Assembly (NCBI GenBank): GCA_963791045.1
Contig: CAWBQK010000006.1
Location: forward strand, 347,656-411,655
Reading direction: 5' to 3'
Origin: Candidatus Latescibacterota bacterium
GTDB lineage: Bacteria > Krumholzibacteriota > Krumholzibacteriia > WVZY01
DNA length: 64,000 bases
Positions 8,576 to 18,900 of the stretch are shown here, piece by piece. The position numbers and the translations under genes were made by a program. Within the stretch, counting starts at the first letter, position 1; each line of letters begins with the position of its first letter. The notes under the pieces were generated by a model. It saw only the letters and a list, made by a program, of their open reading frames with translations. It was not told the DNA's origin and ran no database searches.

Positions 8576-10360
8576 ATGACCGACGACCCAAAGGCAAAAA
8601 GAAAACAAGCCATTCGCGTGGTGCGCGGGTATCTCATGCGATACCGGGCCCGGCTGGTGTCGGGAGCGCTTTGTCTTGTTTTGACGAACGCTCTGCTGCT
8701 CGCCAACCCATGGATACTCAAAATGGCGATCGATCAGCTCGAGGTGGGTATTCCGCGCGAGCGCCTCGCCCAGCTCGCCGGTATGTTCGTCGCCGTTACG
8801 GTTGTCAGCGGTCTTTTCCGCTTTCTGATGAGACGTGTAATCATCGGCGTGTCGCGAAAGATAGAGTACGACATGCGGGGTGATTTCTTCTCGCATCTCG
8901 AAAAGCTCAGCTCCTCTTTTTACAACAAAAATAGAACCGGCGATCTGATGGCGCTCGCGACAAACGATCTCAACGCTGTCCGCGCGCTCGTCGGTCCCGG
9001 TGTGATGTACTCGATGAATACCGTGGTTGTCGGTAGTCTCGCTCTGTCGCTGATGATCGTGTTGTCCTGGAAGCTCACGGTGGTCGCGCTCCTCCCGCTT
9101 GTGATCCTCGCCGTGGGGATGTATTACAGCATGAAACTTATTCACCAGTACTTCGAGCGCGTCCAAAAAAGATTTGGCGATCTCAATTCCCGCGCCCAGG
9201 AGAATCTCTCGGGGATCCGGGTCATCCGGACCTATGCGAGGGAGGCCAACGAGATCCGGGAGTTCGAAGAGCAGAGCCAGGTGTATGTGAAAGCAAACAT
9301 GAAGCTCTACAAGGTGCAGAGTCTTCTCTCTCCTCTTCTAACCAGCGTCGCCGGCCTCGGCGGGTTGTTTATTCTGGGGTACGGCGGCAAGCAGGTGATA
9401 GACGGGACGATTACACTGGGGACGTTCGTTGCTTTCAGCGGCTATATGACGATGTTAATTTGGCCGATGATAGCGCTGGGATGGGTGATGAATATCATGG
9501 AGAGGGGCCTGGCGTCGATGCAGCGGATAAACGTCGTCATGAACGCGGAACCTGATATCACGGATGCCGCCGTGGCCGAAGGAGACGCTCCCATCGAACC
9601 TCGTGACCGCTCGATCGTTTTCGACAATGTGTCGTTCGCCTACCACACGGAATCAGGAAGGGCCCGTGTCCTCGAAAACCTCGACTTTAAAATCCAGGAC
9701 GGGGAAACGGTCGCGGTTGTTGGGCCGACGGGATCGGGTAAATCGACTCTTGTGTCGTTGATATTGAGGCTTTACGACCCTCAAGAGGGTCGTATTCTTG
9801 TCGGCGGCGTGCCCGTCACCGAAATTCCGCTCTCAAAGCTCCGGACCCTGGTCGGCCTTATTCCGCAGGACATTTTCCTGTTCTCGGACACGATTGCAGA
9901 GAACATTTCGTTTGGCGTTGCATCGCTCGACAAGGGCGATCTCGATCGTTTGAGCCGCGTTGCCGCGATGGACGGCGAGATAGAGGGTTTTCCGAAAAAG
10001 TTTGAGACGATGATCGGCGAGCGGGGCATCAATCTCTCGGGCGGGCAGAAACAAAGACTTGCCATTGCGCGCGCCGTAGCGAAGGACCCGGCGATCTTGA
10101 TTCTTGACGATGCGCTTTCGAGCGTGGACACCGATACCGAGGAAAAGATCCTGTCATCGCTCCGCTCCGAAATGAAATCGAGAACGGCGATATTGATTTC
10201 ACACCGGATATCGACGGTTCGCGAGGCGGACAGGATTCTTGTCCTGGACGAGGGTCGTCTGGTCGAGATGGGAACACACGAGGAGCTCATTGAGCGGCGC
10301 GGTCTCTACGCCGACATGTTTCACAAACAGCGGATAATGTACGACCTCGAACACCAATAA
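8576..10360 (+). CDS. ABC exporter, fused permease/ATPase (MdlA/YheI-like), subunit 1
   Basis: 6-TM region, GPTGSGKS Walker A, LSGGQKQR signature, ILILDDALS (non-canonical Walker B, D in place of E). Confidence 0.95.
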   Translation: MTDDPKAKRKQAIRVVRGYLMRYRARLVSGALCLVLTNALLLANPWILKMAIDQLEVGIPRERLAQLAGMFVAVTVVSGLFRFLMRRVIIGVSRKIEYDMRGDFFSHLEKLSSSFYNKNRTGDLMALATNDLNAVRALVGPGVMYSMNTVVVGSLALSLMIVLSWKLTVVALLPLVILAVGMYYSMKLIHQYFERVQKRFGDLNSRAQENLSGIRVIRTYAREANEIREFEEQSQVYVKANMKLYKVQSLLSPLLTSVAGLGGLFILGYGGKQVIDGTITLGTFVAFSGYMTMLIWPMIALGWVMNIMERGLASMQRINVVMNAEPDITDAAVAEGDAPIEPRDRSIVFDNVSFAYHTESGRARVLENLDFKIQDGETVAVVGPTGSGKSTLVSLILRLYDPQEGRILVGGVPVTEIPLSKLRTLVGLIPQDIFLFSDTIAENISFGVASLDKGDLDRLSRVAAMDGEIEGFPKKFETMIGERGINLSGGQKQRLAIARAVAKDPAILILDDALSSVDTDTEEKILSSLRSEMKSRTAILISHRISTVREADRILVLDEGRLVEMGTHEELIERRGLYADMFHKQRIMYDLEHQ

Positions 10361-10378
10361 TAAAAAGGAACCTTCGGG

Positions 10379-12184
10379 TTGGATTTTTTTGACGAAGATG
10401 AAGTGCAGGCCAAGTCTTACGACGCGGCGCTGATGAGGCGAATCCTGGCGTATCTCAAGCCATACAAGAAGCTTGTGGCTGTGTGTATCGCTTTGCTCCT
10501 TCTCGTTTCGCTCTTTCAGCTCGCCCCGCCGTATCTCGTCAAGGTGGCGATTGACCGGTATATTTCGCCCATGTCCGAACTGGATGTGGGGGCGCGCTAC
10601 GCGGGGCTGGCGAAAATCGTCGCGATCTTTTTTGGGATTCTGATGGTGGCATTTGTGTCCAGCTATCTCCAGATCTACGTCATGGCGTTTGTCGGCCAGC
10701 GCGTGATGTTTGATTTGAGGATGCAGATCTTCAAACATCTTCAGAAAAAAGAAGTCGCGTATTTCGACAAGAACCCGGTGGGACGTTTGATGACACGGCT
10801 TACGAGCGATGTCGAAGTTCTGAACGAGACATTTACGTCCGGTGTTGTGGCCATTTTCCTCGATGTGTTCACTTTGATCGGGATTATGGTCGTGTTGTGT
10901 TATCTCAATCTCAAGCTGGCGCTTATCACCTTTGTGGTTCTCCCGTTCCTGTTCGTCGCCGCGATGATTTTCAGACGCCGTGTCCGAACGAGTTACCGGT
11001 CGGTCCGCAAGCGAGTCGCGGCCATCAACGCGTTTCTCCAGGAGAATATTACGGGGATGAGTGTGGTCCAGGTGTTCAACCGCGAGTCCGCGCAGTTCGA
11101 CAAGTTCGGCGGACGCAACAAGGGGCTCTACCGTGCCCATATCGACACCATCATGGCCTACGCGGTTTTCTTCCCCATGATCGAAATCTTGAGCTCCGTG
11201 GCGATCGCGTTGATCCTCTGGTACGGCGGGGGAGCCGTCTCTTCGGGTGCGATGACATTCGGCGCGTTGGTCGCCTTTATCCAGTACGCGCAGCGATTTT
11301 ACAGGCCGATAAGCGATCTGAGCGAGAAGTACAACATCCTCCAGTCCGCGATGGCGTCATCAGAGCGGATTTTCGAACTCCTCGACACCGATCCAACGTT
11401 GCGGGATCCATCCGAACCCGCGACGATCCCGACATCACCCGCGCGGGTCGTATTTGACAACGTGAGTTTCTCCTACAACCCGGGAGAAGAGGTTCTGCAC
11501 AATGTGAGCTTCACCGTCGAACCGGGCGAGAAGGTGGCAATCGTCGGATACACCGGATCGGGAAAAACCACGATCATAAATTTGCTCTCGCGACTCTACG
11601 ATACCAGCGAGGGCCGAATACTGATCGACGACACGGATATTCGCGATTTCGCCCAGCGGGATCTCCACAGGTACATCGCAACGGTGCTTCAGGATGTGTT
11701 TTTGTTTTCGGGTGACATCGCCTACAACATCCATCTCGGTGATTTGGAAATCAGCGACGAGCGCATCCGAGAGGTGTCGCGGTACATAAACGCGGAGAAG
11801 TTTATCGACAAATTGAGGGGAGGGTATGCCGAGAAAGTCGGCGAGCGCGGCCGCACCCTCTCGGTCGGGGAGAGACAGCTGCTATCCTTTGCCCGCGCCC
11901 TTGTTTACGAGCCTAAGATACTTGTCCTCGATGAGGCGACATCAAGTGTCGATACCGATACCGAATATCTTGTCCAGGACGCACTCAAGAAGTTCATGTC
12001 CGGTCGTACCTCGATCGTAATCGCACACCGCCTGTCGACAATCCGCCATGTCGACCGGATTATCGTTCTGCACAATGGGCAAATCGTCGAAGAGGGGAGC
12101 CATCGTGACCTGCTGGGCCGGGGTGGGCTCTATTCCAACCTCTACGAACTCCAGTACAAGGATCAGGAGAAAAAGATTTCCTGA
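10379..12184 (+). CDS. ABC exporter, fused permease/ATPase (MdlB/YheH-like), subunit 2
   Basis: GYTGSGKT, degenerate signature LSVGERQ, ILVLDEATS; classic asymmetric heterodimer with the upstream gene; TTG start. Confidence 0.95.
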   Translation: MDFFDEDEVQAKSYDAALMRRILAYLKPYKKLVAVCIALLLLVSLFQLAPPYLVKVAIDRYISPMSELDVGARYAGLAKIVAIFFGILMVAFVSSYLQIYVMAFVGQRVMFDLRMQIFKHLQKKEVAYFDKNPVGRLMTRLTSDVEVLNETFTSGVVAIFLDVFTLIGIMVVLCYLNLKLALITFVVLPFLFVAAMIFRRRVRTSYRSVRKRVAAINAFLQENITGMSVVQVFNRESAQFDKFGGRNKGLYRAHIDTIMAYAVFFPMIEILSSVAIALILWYGGGAVSSGAMTFGALVAFIQYAQRFYRPISDLSEKYNILQSAMASSERIFELLDTDPTLRDPSEPATIPTSPARVVFDNVSFSYNPGEEVLHNVSFTVEPGEKVAIVGYTGSGKTTIINLLSRLYDTSEGRILIDDTDIRDFAQRDLHRYIATVLQDVFLFSGDIAYNIHLGDLEISDERIREVSRYINAEKFIDKLRGGYAEKVGERGRTLSVGERQLLSFARALVYEPKILVLDEATSSVDTDTEYLVQDALKKFMSGRTSIVIAHRLSTIRHVDRIIVLHNGQIVEEGSHRDLLGRGGLYSNLYELQYKDQEKKIS

Positions 12185-12216
12185 CCTGTGGTGGCATTTG
12201 GTATCCTTACCCCCAA

Positions 12217-13398
12217 ATGCGCGCCATCGATGTAATCTTTGAGACGTTGGCCCACTTTGTTAAGCGGGACGACAGCCCGCCGCCCGGTATCCCCGCGCGC
12301 GTGGGCCCCCAATTCGAACGCGAATTTGTTTCGTTGTGCGAGTGGCATTCTCTCTCTCCGATCGTCGTTGAATCGCTTGGCAAACTCGCCCTGGGCCCGG
12401 TTTTATCCGATTTTAGCTGCCGCCGGCTCAGGTCGAATGCCGCGTTTTTGCGGGCCCGAAACGAAACGACATTCGAGGATCTCCGAGAGCTTGTCGGGCG
12501 CTTAGCCGAAATGAACGTACCCTGTCTCGTTATGGACGACGTCTTGTCGGCGCTTTCTCTATGTTCCGATCCATCCGACCGCCCAGTCGAATCGATAAAT
12601 CTCCTCGTACACGAAAGCGACTGGGAGTCGATTGTCACGCTGTGTGGCAAACTGGGGTACAAAAGGGACGTTCGGGATCCGGAGTTCGAGAGCGGGGATG
12701 ATGCCCTCGATTATTATCAGTATTTCACTCCATGCCGTCTTCGAAATGAAAAAGGAACCCAGTTGGGATTGAGCTTTCGTCTCTTCGATCTTGGCGACCC
12801 CGAACCCGAGGAAGCGGCCTGGCGTCATGCGCGGGAGTTCGACGCAGGTGGAGTGAAGTTGATGGGTATCGGGTTCGAAGATCATTTCCTGCGAACGTGT
12901 ATGCGGCTCAATATGACACGGTTCGAAAGGCTCCTGTTTGCCGTGGACGCGGGACTGGTTTTGTCGGGACATGGGGATGGACTTGACTGGGCTTATATCG
13001 AGAAACGCGTCCGCGCCAGATCGTTCTACCCGGCTTTCTATTGTGCGTGCGACCGCGTCATGGATTCGCTCGCATTCCCCGCGGTGCGCCGAATGACACC
13101 GGCGCCGGGCAGAGCGCGCAAAAGGATGTTCGACATGATTTGGCGGCCGGGACGTTTGGGGCTGCTCGCGGGCAGACAGATTCGGTCCCACCGCTTCCGG
13201 TTTTATTTTCTTGAAAGCGGAACGCTTGCCGAGAAATTGCAACTCGTCGCGAAGCTAGCCGCGCCGCGGCCGGAATGGGTGTCTGCATTCTTCGGACGCC
13301 CCTACAAACCATGGCTGAAATACAAATTTGTCGTTCAAACGTTTACAAGCCGGCACGGTATGCCGCTTGAACAGGGGAAGGACCTTCGCTACCAGTGA
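12217..13398 (+). CDS. Nucleotidyltransferase family protein (NTP_transf_5-like), apparently degenerate active site
   Basis: LVGRLAEMNVPCLVM...RPVESINLLVHESDW...LGY layout matches the family, but LKG and DxD positions are altered. Confidence 0.65.
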   Translation: MRAIDVIFETLAHFVKRDDSPPPGIPARVGPQFEREFVSLCEWHSLSPIVVESLGKLALGPVLSDFSCRRLRSNAAFLRARNETTFEDLRELVGRLAEMNVPCLVMDDVLSALSLCSDPSDRPVESINLLVHESDWESIVTLCGKLGYKRDVRDPEFESGDDALDYYQYFTPCRLRNEKGTQLGLSFRLFDLGDPEPEEAAWRHAREFDAGGVKLMGIGFEDHFLRTCMRLNMTRFERLLFAVDAGLVLSGHGDGLDWAYIEKRVRARSFYPAFYCACDRVMDSLAFPAVRRMTPAPGRARKRMFDMIWRPGRLGLLAGRQIRSHRFRFYFLESGTLAEKLQLVAKLAAPRPEWVSAFFGRPYKPWLKYKFVVQTFTSRHGMPLEQGKDLRYQ

Positions 13399-13628
13399 AA
13401 CCCAGCATCGTCCTGGATACACGCGGATTGTTTTGTCCGCTGCCGATCGTAAAGACGTCCGACGCGATCAAGAGTGTCGATCCCGGATCGATAGTCGAAG
13501 TCGTTTCGGATGATCCGGCGATCGAGTTCGATCTCCCCGCGTGGTGCCAGAGCCAGGGGCACGCTATACTGTCGGCGAAAAAAGAAGAGGGCATTTACCG
13601 CTACCTTGTCAAAAAACGCCGTGCCTAA
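13395..13628 (+). CDS. tusA: TusA/SirA-family sulfur (selenium) carrier
   Basis: LDTRGLFCPLP motif, VVSDDP, 77 aa; GTGA overlap with upstream stop. Confidence 0.9.
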   Translation: MKPSIVLDTRGLFCPLPIVKTSDAIKSVDPGSIVEVVSDDPAIEFDLPAWCQSQGHAILSAKKEEGIYRYLVKKRRA

Positions 13629-13633
13629 GTTTG

Positions 13634-13740
13634 GGGACGGTGATGACGCCCTCACCGCTCAGTATCGCGGCGTCGGACCACAAGCATGTAGCAGCATTGA
13701 GCCGCCGCTCAAATTCGGGTTCGAACGTCATCACCGTCCC
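13634..13740. repeat. Intergenic element bounded by a perfect 15-bp inverted repeat
   Basis: GGGACGGTGATGACG (13634-13648) and CGTCATCACCGTCCC (13726-13740); internal hairpin TTGAGC-CGCC-GCTCAA. Confidence 0.85.
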
Positions 13741-13779
13741 TCAACATATGGTGTGATCAGCTTGGAGTGATTTCTGAAA

Positions 13780-14826
13780 ATGACTGATGGAAAAAAGATA
13801 AGACTGACGCAGTACGCGTCGTGCGCCGGCTGAGCGGCCAAGTTCAGCGCGGCGGGTCTGCGCGATATACTCAAACACGTGCCGCCGTCGATCGACCCCA
13901 ATCTTCTCGTGGGGTTTGGTGCGGCGGACGATGCAGGTGTGTACCGTCTCGACGATGATACGGCACTCGTGGTTACGGTCGACTTCTTTACCCCCATTGT
14001 TGATGACCCTTTTGATTTTGGCAGGATCGCCGCAGTGAACTCCTTGAGCGACGTCTACGCGATGGGTGGAGAGCCTCTCGTTGCGCTCAACGTCGCGGCT
14101 TTTCCCGAGGGGAAATTCCCTCCCACCGTTCTTGCCGATATTCTCAAAGGCGGCGCGGCCGGCGCGCTCGCGGCGGGGGTCGTGATTGCCGGGGGCCATA
14201 CCGTGGCCGACGAGGAACTCAAATACGGTTTGTCGGTTGTCGGCAAGATTCACCCCGACCGCGTGATCCGCAACGACGGCGCTCGCCCCGGTGACGATCT
14301 CGTGCTGACGAAACCTCTGGGCACGGGTGTGCTTTCAACGCGTCACAGGGCGGGGCAACTCGACGAGCCTGGATACGGCGTTCTCGTCAATTCAATGGCG
14401 ATGCTCAATAAGCAGGCATCGGAACTAATGCGGGATTTCGACGCGCATGCGTCGACGGACATCACGGGGTACGGATTTCTGGGGCACACATTCGAGATGG
14501 CTGAAGGCAGTGGTGTCACGATCGAGATTCTTGCCGAAGCGATTCCCACACTGCCCGGCGCGATTGATGCCGCCAGGGATGGTTTCCTGACCGGTGGTGG
14601 GGGAACCAATCGAATTTTTGTGGCGGATCGTCTTAAATGGAAAACCCCCTCGGATGAGATTCTGGAGCACATCCTCTTTGATCCCCAGACCTCCGGCGGA
14701 CTGCTGATCGCAATCCCTCATGAAAAGAGCGCGCGCTTCTTGAAGGAACTCGAGCTCGTTTGTCCCCACGCCGCAATCGTTGGGCGTGTCACGAATCGCC
14801 AGGATACGCCGCTCGTGGTTGTTTGA
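13780..14826 (+). CDS. selD: Selenide, water dikinase (selenophosphate synthetase), selenocysteine-containing
   Basis: GGAG RBS, ATG 13780, MTDGKKIRLTQYASCAG-U-AAK with in-frame TGA 13831-13833 at the catalytic position; DDAGVY, TVDFFTPIVDDP, TDITGYG, DPQTSGGLL motifs. Confidence 0.97.
13847..13863 (+). promoter_or_regulatory. Bacterial SECIS-like hairpin
   Basis: GCGCGG-CGGGT-CTGCGC stem-loop with G-rich loop starting 20 nt after the Sec TGA. Confidence 0.7.
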
Positions 14827-14862
14827 TTTTTCCCAGGTTGAAAAGAACGCCGGCCGGCGCGA

Positions 14863-16185
14863 TCAGAAGTTCAACGTCATGCGGCGCTGCTTGATGGGCG
14901 CTGGTTTGGAGACGAGTATCGTTTCGTCGGTCAGGCTGGGATCGAAGAGATCCACCAGATACGAATCGCGCACGATGTCGTAGAGAAGCCGTTCGTCCTT
15001 GGGTACGGGGCGTTTGGATGGAAGCTTGACCGTCCGCGGGTTGACGAAGCGGTCACCGATCTTGATTCGGTAGTCGAGGTGTGGACCCGTGGAAATTCCC
15101 GTCGAGCCGACATAACCAATGACCTGCCCCTGTTGGACCCTCGCGCCTTTGCGCACGCCTTTGCCAAAGTTTCTTAGATGGAGATAGTAGGTCGTGTACC
15201 GGTTGTTGTGCCGGATCTTGACGTAGTTCCCGTTCGCGGAATGTCGTTCCGCCGCCACGACCGTCCCGCCCCCCGTCGCCCGCACCGGCGTTCCTATTGG
15301 CGCCGCGTAGTCGACCCCGAGATGCGGGGAGTAGTGTTTCTTGACGGGGTGCATCCTGCGGTAGCTGAAGTTCGACGATACACGCGAATATTTCAAGGGG
15401 GCTCGGAGAAGCGATTTTTGCAGCGATTTTCCCTTTTCATCGAAATAACTGGGTTCTCCGCTTGCAAGAATGTAGCGAAATGCGAAATGTTCCTCGCCCT
15501 GACAACAGATCCTTGCCGCGAGGACGTGCCCGATTAGTGAGCGTCCGTCGGGGAACACCTTTTTCTCGAAAAGGATCGAAAACGTGTCGTTGGCCCGGAT
15601 ATCCTTAAAGAAATCAATGTCCCACTGAAAAATAACCGCGAGATAAGAAGCGAGTTCCGGGTCGGCATCGATCCTCTGGAGTGTGACATATATCGACTGG
15701 TCGATGATTCCACTCGCGACAAAATGATCGACGCGGTAGGGAATCGTATCGATCCGGCTTTCGTACGATTCGCCAATCTTCTGGACATTGAGGATTTTCT
15801 CGTTATCCACGATGAACCTGAGACTGTCGAGATCGCCGTCGCCGTCCGAGTACACCGAAAACTTCTGTCCCGGCTGGACTTTCTTGAAATTGAAATTGTC
15901 ACGCGTTGCGCTGACGATGTTCTGGATTTCAAGCGGTGAAATCCCCGCCCGCTGCATTTCTACAAAAAACGGTGTGCCCCGCGAGATCTCGCCATGGACG
16001 ACGGACTCGGATTCGAGCTGTGTGGCGGCCATGCTGGCGGTGGTCTCGTTGTCGTTCAGGAGACCTTCGAGTGATTGCTTGGAATTGTCTTCCGCGCCCA
16101 TGCGGAGCGGTGACAGTACCGAGTCCCGAGCCGCATAGAGTCCGAAGGCGGCGAGCATGATCAAGATGGGCAAGAATTTTCGCAT
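14863..16185 (-). CDS. M23 family peptidoglycan DD-endopeptidase (MepM-like)
   Basis: HLGVDYAAPIGTPV, YLHL, STGPHLDY motifs; N-terminal anchor and OapA/Csd3-like region. Confidence 0.93.
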   Translation of the reverse strand: MRKFLPILIMLAAFGLYAARDSVLSPLRMGAEDNSKQSLEGLLNDNETTASMAATQLESESVVHGEISRGTPFFVEMQRAGISPLEIQNIVSATRDNFNFKKVQPGQKFSVYSDGDGDLDSLRFIVDNEKILNVQKIGESYESRIDTIPYRVDHFVASGIIDQSIYVTLQRIDADPELASYLAVIFQWDIDFFKDIRANDTFSILFEKKVFPDGRSLIGHVLAARICCQGEEHFAFRYILASGEPSYFDEKGKSLQKSLLRAPLKYSRVSSNFSYRRMHPVKKHYSPHLGVDYAAPIGTPVRATGGGTVVAAERHSANGNYVKIRHNNRYTTYYLHLRNFGKGVRKGARVQQGQVIGYVGSTGISTGPHLDYRIKIGDRFVNPRTVKLPSKRPVPKDERLLYDIVRDSYLVDLFDPSLTDETILVSKPAPIKQRRMTLNF

Positions 16186-16240
16186 GCGAGAATGAGGCCT
16201 TTGCTATTTTTGTATGTATACGTCAACCACGGTGCTTTGA

Positions 16241-16256
16241 TGCAAGCAAAGTACCA
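16241..16256 (-). promoter_or_regulatory. sigma54 (-24/-12) promoter
   Basis: Minus strand TGGTACTTTGCTTGCA (GG-N10-GC with TTGCA), ~55 nt upstream of the M23 start. Confidence 0.6.
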
Positions 16257-16319
16257 GAATCATCGGACAGAAGGCCCGAATATGGCAAGAGAAATTTTAC
16301 GGCGGCGAATAGCCGTAAC

Positions 16320-18649
16320 TTATTTAAGGAGAACAAGTTTCCTTGTGAGGCTTTGTTCTCCCGCTATCACCAGCTGCGCGAAATAGATGCCACTTGGCAG
16401 CGGAGTGCCCGTGACGGATTTGCCGTTCCACGTGGCTTCGTACACCCCGGGGGCAAGCTGTTTGTCGACCAGCGTCGCAACCGTCTGTCCTGCAACGTTA
16501 TAGATTCGGAGGCTGACCGCTGTGGGCCCCACGCTCCCGTGGGTCTCGCCGACCGTGTACGGAATATTGGTGGTCGGGTTGAACGGGTTCGGGTAGTTGG
16601 CCCCGAGCCGGCTCGCCAATTGCGGCGGGTCGCCGATCGCCGTGATGTCCGCAACCGCGATCGTTTCCGAGTAGCTCCACGGGCTCACCTGGTTTTGGGC
16701 GTCACGGGCGCGGACGCGGTATGTGTAGTCCCCCGTCTCGTGGGGTGTGATGGCGAGAAGCGTGTCGGTGAGACCGGTCGCGACGATATTCTTTGCTTCG
16801 TAGGTCGGGACGGGACCGGGAATATCGACGTAGATGCCTTCCTCCAGATATGCGTAGTCCGTTACATAGTTGACGCGGACTTCGAGCTCCTGCCCGAGAA
16901 ACTGGGTGAGCGGAAAAATCGCTTCGACCCACCCGCCGCTCGCGCCGTTTATGCCGTTGCCGCGGTTGTTGCCGTTGCGGATCGCAGTTCGTCGTAATGT
17001 TGCCGGGAACGGTTTCCCATGTGGAGCTGCCATTGGTGCTTACTTCAAAATAGGCATAGTCGTAGTCGGACTCGATGTCGTACCAGGTCTGGAACGTGAA
17101 TGTGTCCGTTTCAGCCGTGACCGTGTAGAACGTTTCCGTTCTCAATGTGTGCGACGAGCCGTCTACCGCCCCCGAGTAGTAACTTCCCGAACCTTCGTAC
17201 GAACGGGCCGAAGACGTGTAGAAGCCGTCATAAATCCACAGGGGAGACGTTGTGTTGGCCGGGTCCTCGGCAACCGATCCCAGGTTTTTGTATTCGAGGA
17301 CGTCGTAGGACATGACCGGATTCGGATCCGCGGGGTCACCCGGGCTCCAGTTCACCGTATAATGCGGGTAGTACGAATCGTCAACTGCGTACATCGTTGG
17401 AACCCAGGGCGGCAGCACGCGATCGGGATTGTCGGCGAGCTGGAGGAGCAGCATGTTCATCGGGAGAAGGAGATCGAATGTAGGTTGTATCAGCGTGTCG
17501 GGTGGGGCAAAGCCACCCTGAGCGGATGAGTTCATTTCGGGCGTAAAGCAGAAAATGGCGTCTTTGTTGGTTGTGTCACCGTACGCCCAGTCATCCGAGT
17601 CACCGTTGACCGGGTAGATGGCGCCCATTGCCAGGTTGCCCGCGAAGTATCCGTTTGACGACGTCAGCGTATCGCCGAGTGCGAAAAAGAGATCGTGGTC
17701 GTCGGTGTAGATCGCGTCATACGCCCATGGGTAGAGGAGGAGTTCGCCATAGCTGTGATATGAAAAGGCGAGGATGAATTCATGATTCTCGCAGAAGTCC
17801 CGGACCGCCTGGGTCTCGGGTTCAGAAAATCCCGACGTGCCACGGTATGTAATGTTGCTCGGATCCGGGCGACGAACCAACGTCATCGAATCCCCACTGG
17901 TAACCATAGTTCCGGTTGAGATCGACGCCGAAGCTCGAGTCGAGATTGTCCCGTCGGTTTTTCCGCCACCAATAGTCAGAGTCTCCCGTGTGATTCTGTT
18001 CGACGTATACGTGACCGTCGGGGTTGATCATCGGCGCGATATAGATCTCGCGGCTGTCGACCATGTCGGTCACTTCGGGGATGATTCCATAATTGGTAAG
18101 GAGATATTCGGCAAATTTGAGTGGAACGTCGACACTCATGAGTTCGCGTGCGTGGTGGTTGCCCATGTACAACACTTCGGGTTCGCCTTCACTCCAGCGC
18201 CACGTTATCCGAGATTTTGAGAACGTAAATCGTTGCTGCCTTCGATACTCGTCCCCATCGAACTGAGCTCGGCGATGTCGGAATAGGCCGTTGCGAGCGA
18301 TGTGAGCGCTGTCTCCATCTCTGCATATGTCGAGTAGAGGCCGAGGTTGGCGTCGAGCTGGGCGGCGGCGCTCACCATATCGGGTGTTCTTACGACCGAT
18401 ATGGGAATCGCGAGTGAGTGGAGGTAAGCGAGTTGCTTGTCGTTGACCAGGACGTCATAAAAACCGTCACGGCTGAAAGCGAGGATTTCTATGTCGTGCT
18501 CGATTATTGATTTGACCAGCGCTTGTCCTTTGTAGGGCACGCGTACGAGGTAAGAGCTGTCGGACGCCGCCGCGGGTTCCGCGGTCAGCCCGAGGACAAA
18601 AGACAAAAATAAAAAAGCCGCGCAAAGATCCGGCTAAAAGAACCCGCAT
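16320..18649 (-). CDS. Secreted M14 zinc carboxypeptidase (carboxypeptidase T-like) with InhA/MAM-like and FlgD-Ig/CTD domains; split by at least 4 frameshifts
   Basis: Fragments in changing frames give HHARE, NPDG, WRKNR, GVDLNRNY, FSEPET, SYHSY, GDSDDW, WYDIESDYDY and NYPNPFNP...RKLVLLK; GGAGG RBS before ATG 18649. Confidence 0.88.
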
Positions 18650-18900
18650 CGTACCCTCCGTGATTGGTGTCGAAGCATTAATCTGTATAGTCGTGGTCGG
18701 GCGATTATTATGTAATTATACCGGAGTTTGTCGAAACAATCAATCGTAAACCCTTTATTCTTAGGTTGTTCTGCGTGTGGTTCTTGTTTGGCGGCCCGAA
18801 CACTCCGTTGCGTGTTGGCGCTGCATCAATTACATTAACCACATGGTCATGACAACGCTTTCGACATAAAACTGAATTACTGCAGCTCAATTGGATTTCA

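Noticed and set aside
8465-9166. N-terminal extension of the HD protein in ORF 7892..9166
   Set aside because: Overlaps the ABC transporter on the other strand; family similarity starts at ATG 8464.
13631-13745. tRNA-Sec (selC) next to selD, prompted by GGTTCGAA
   Set aside because: No TCA anticodon arm or cloverleaf, and the 15-bp closing stem is too long for an acceptor stem. Kept only as an inverted-repeat element.
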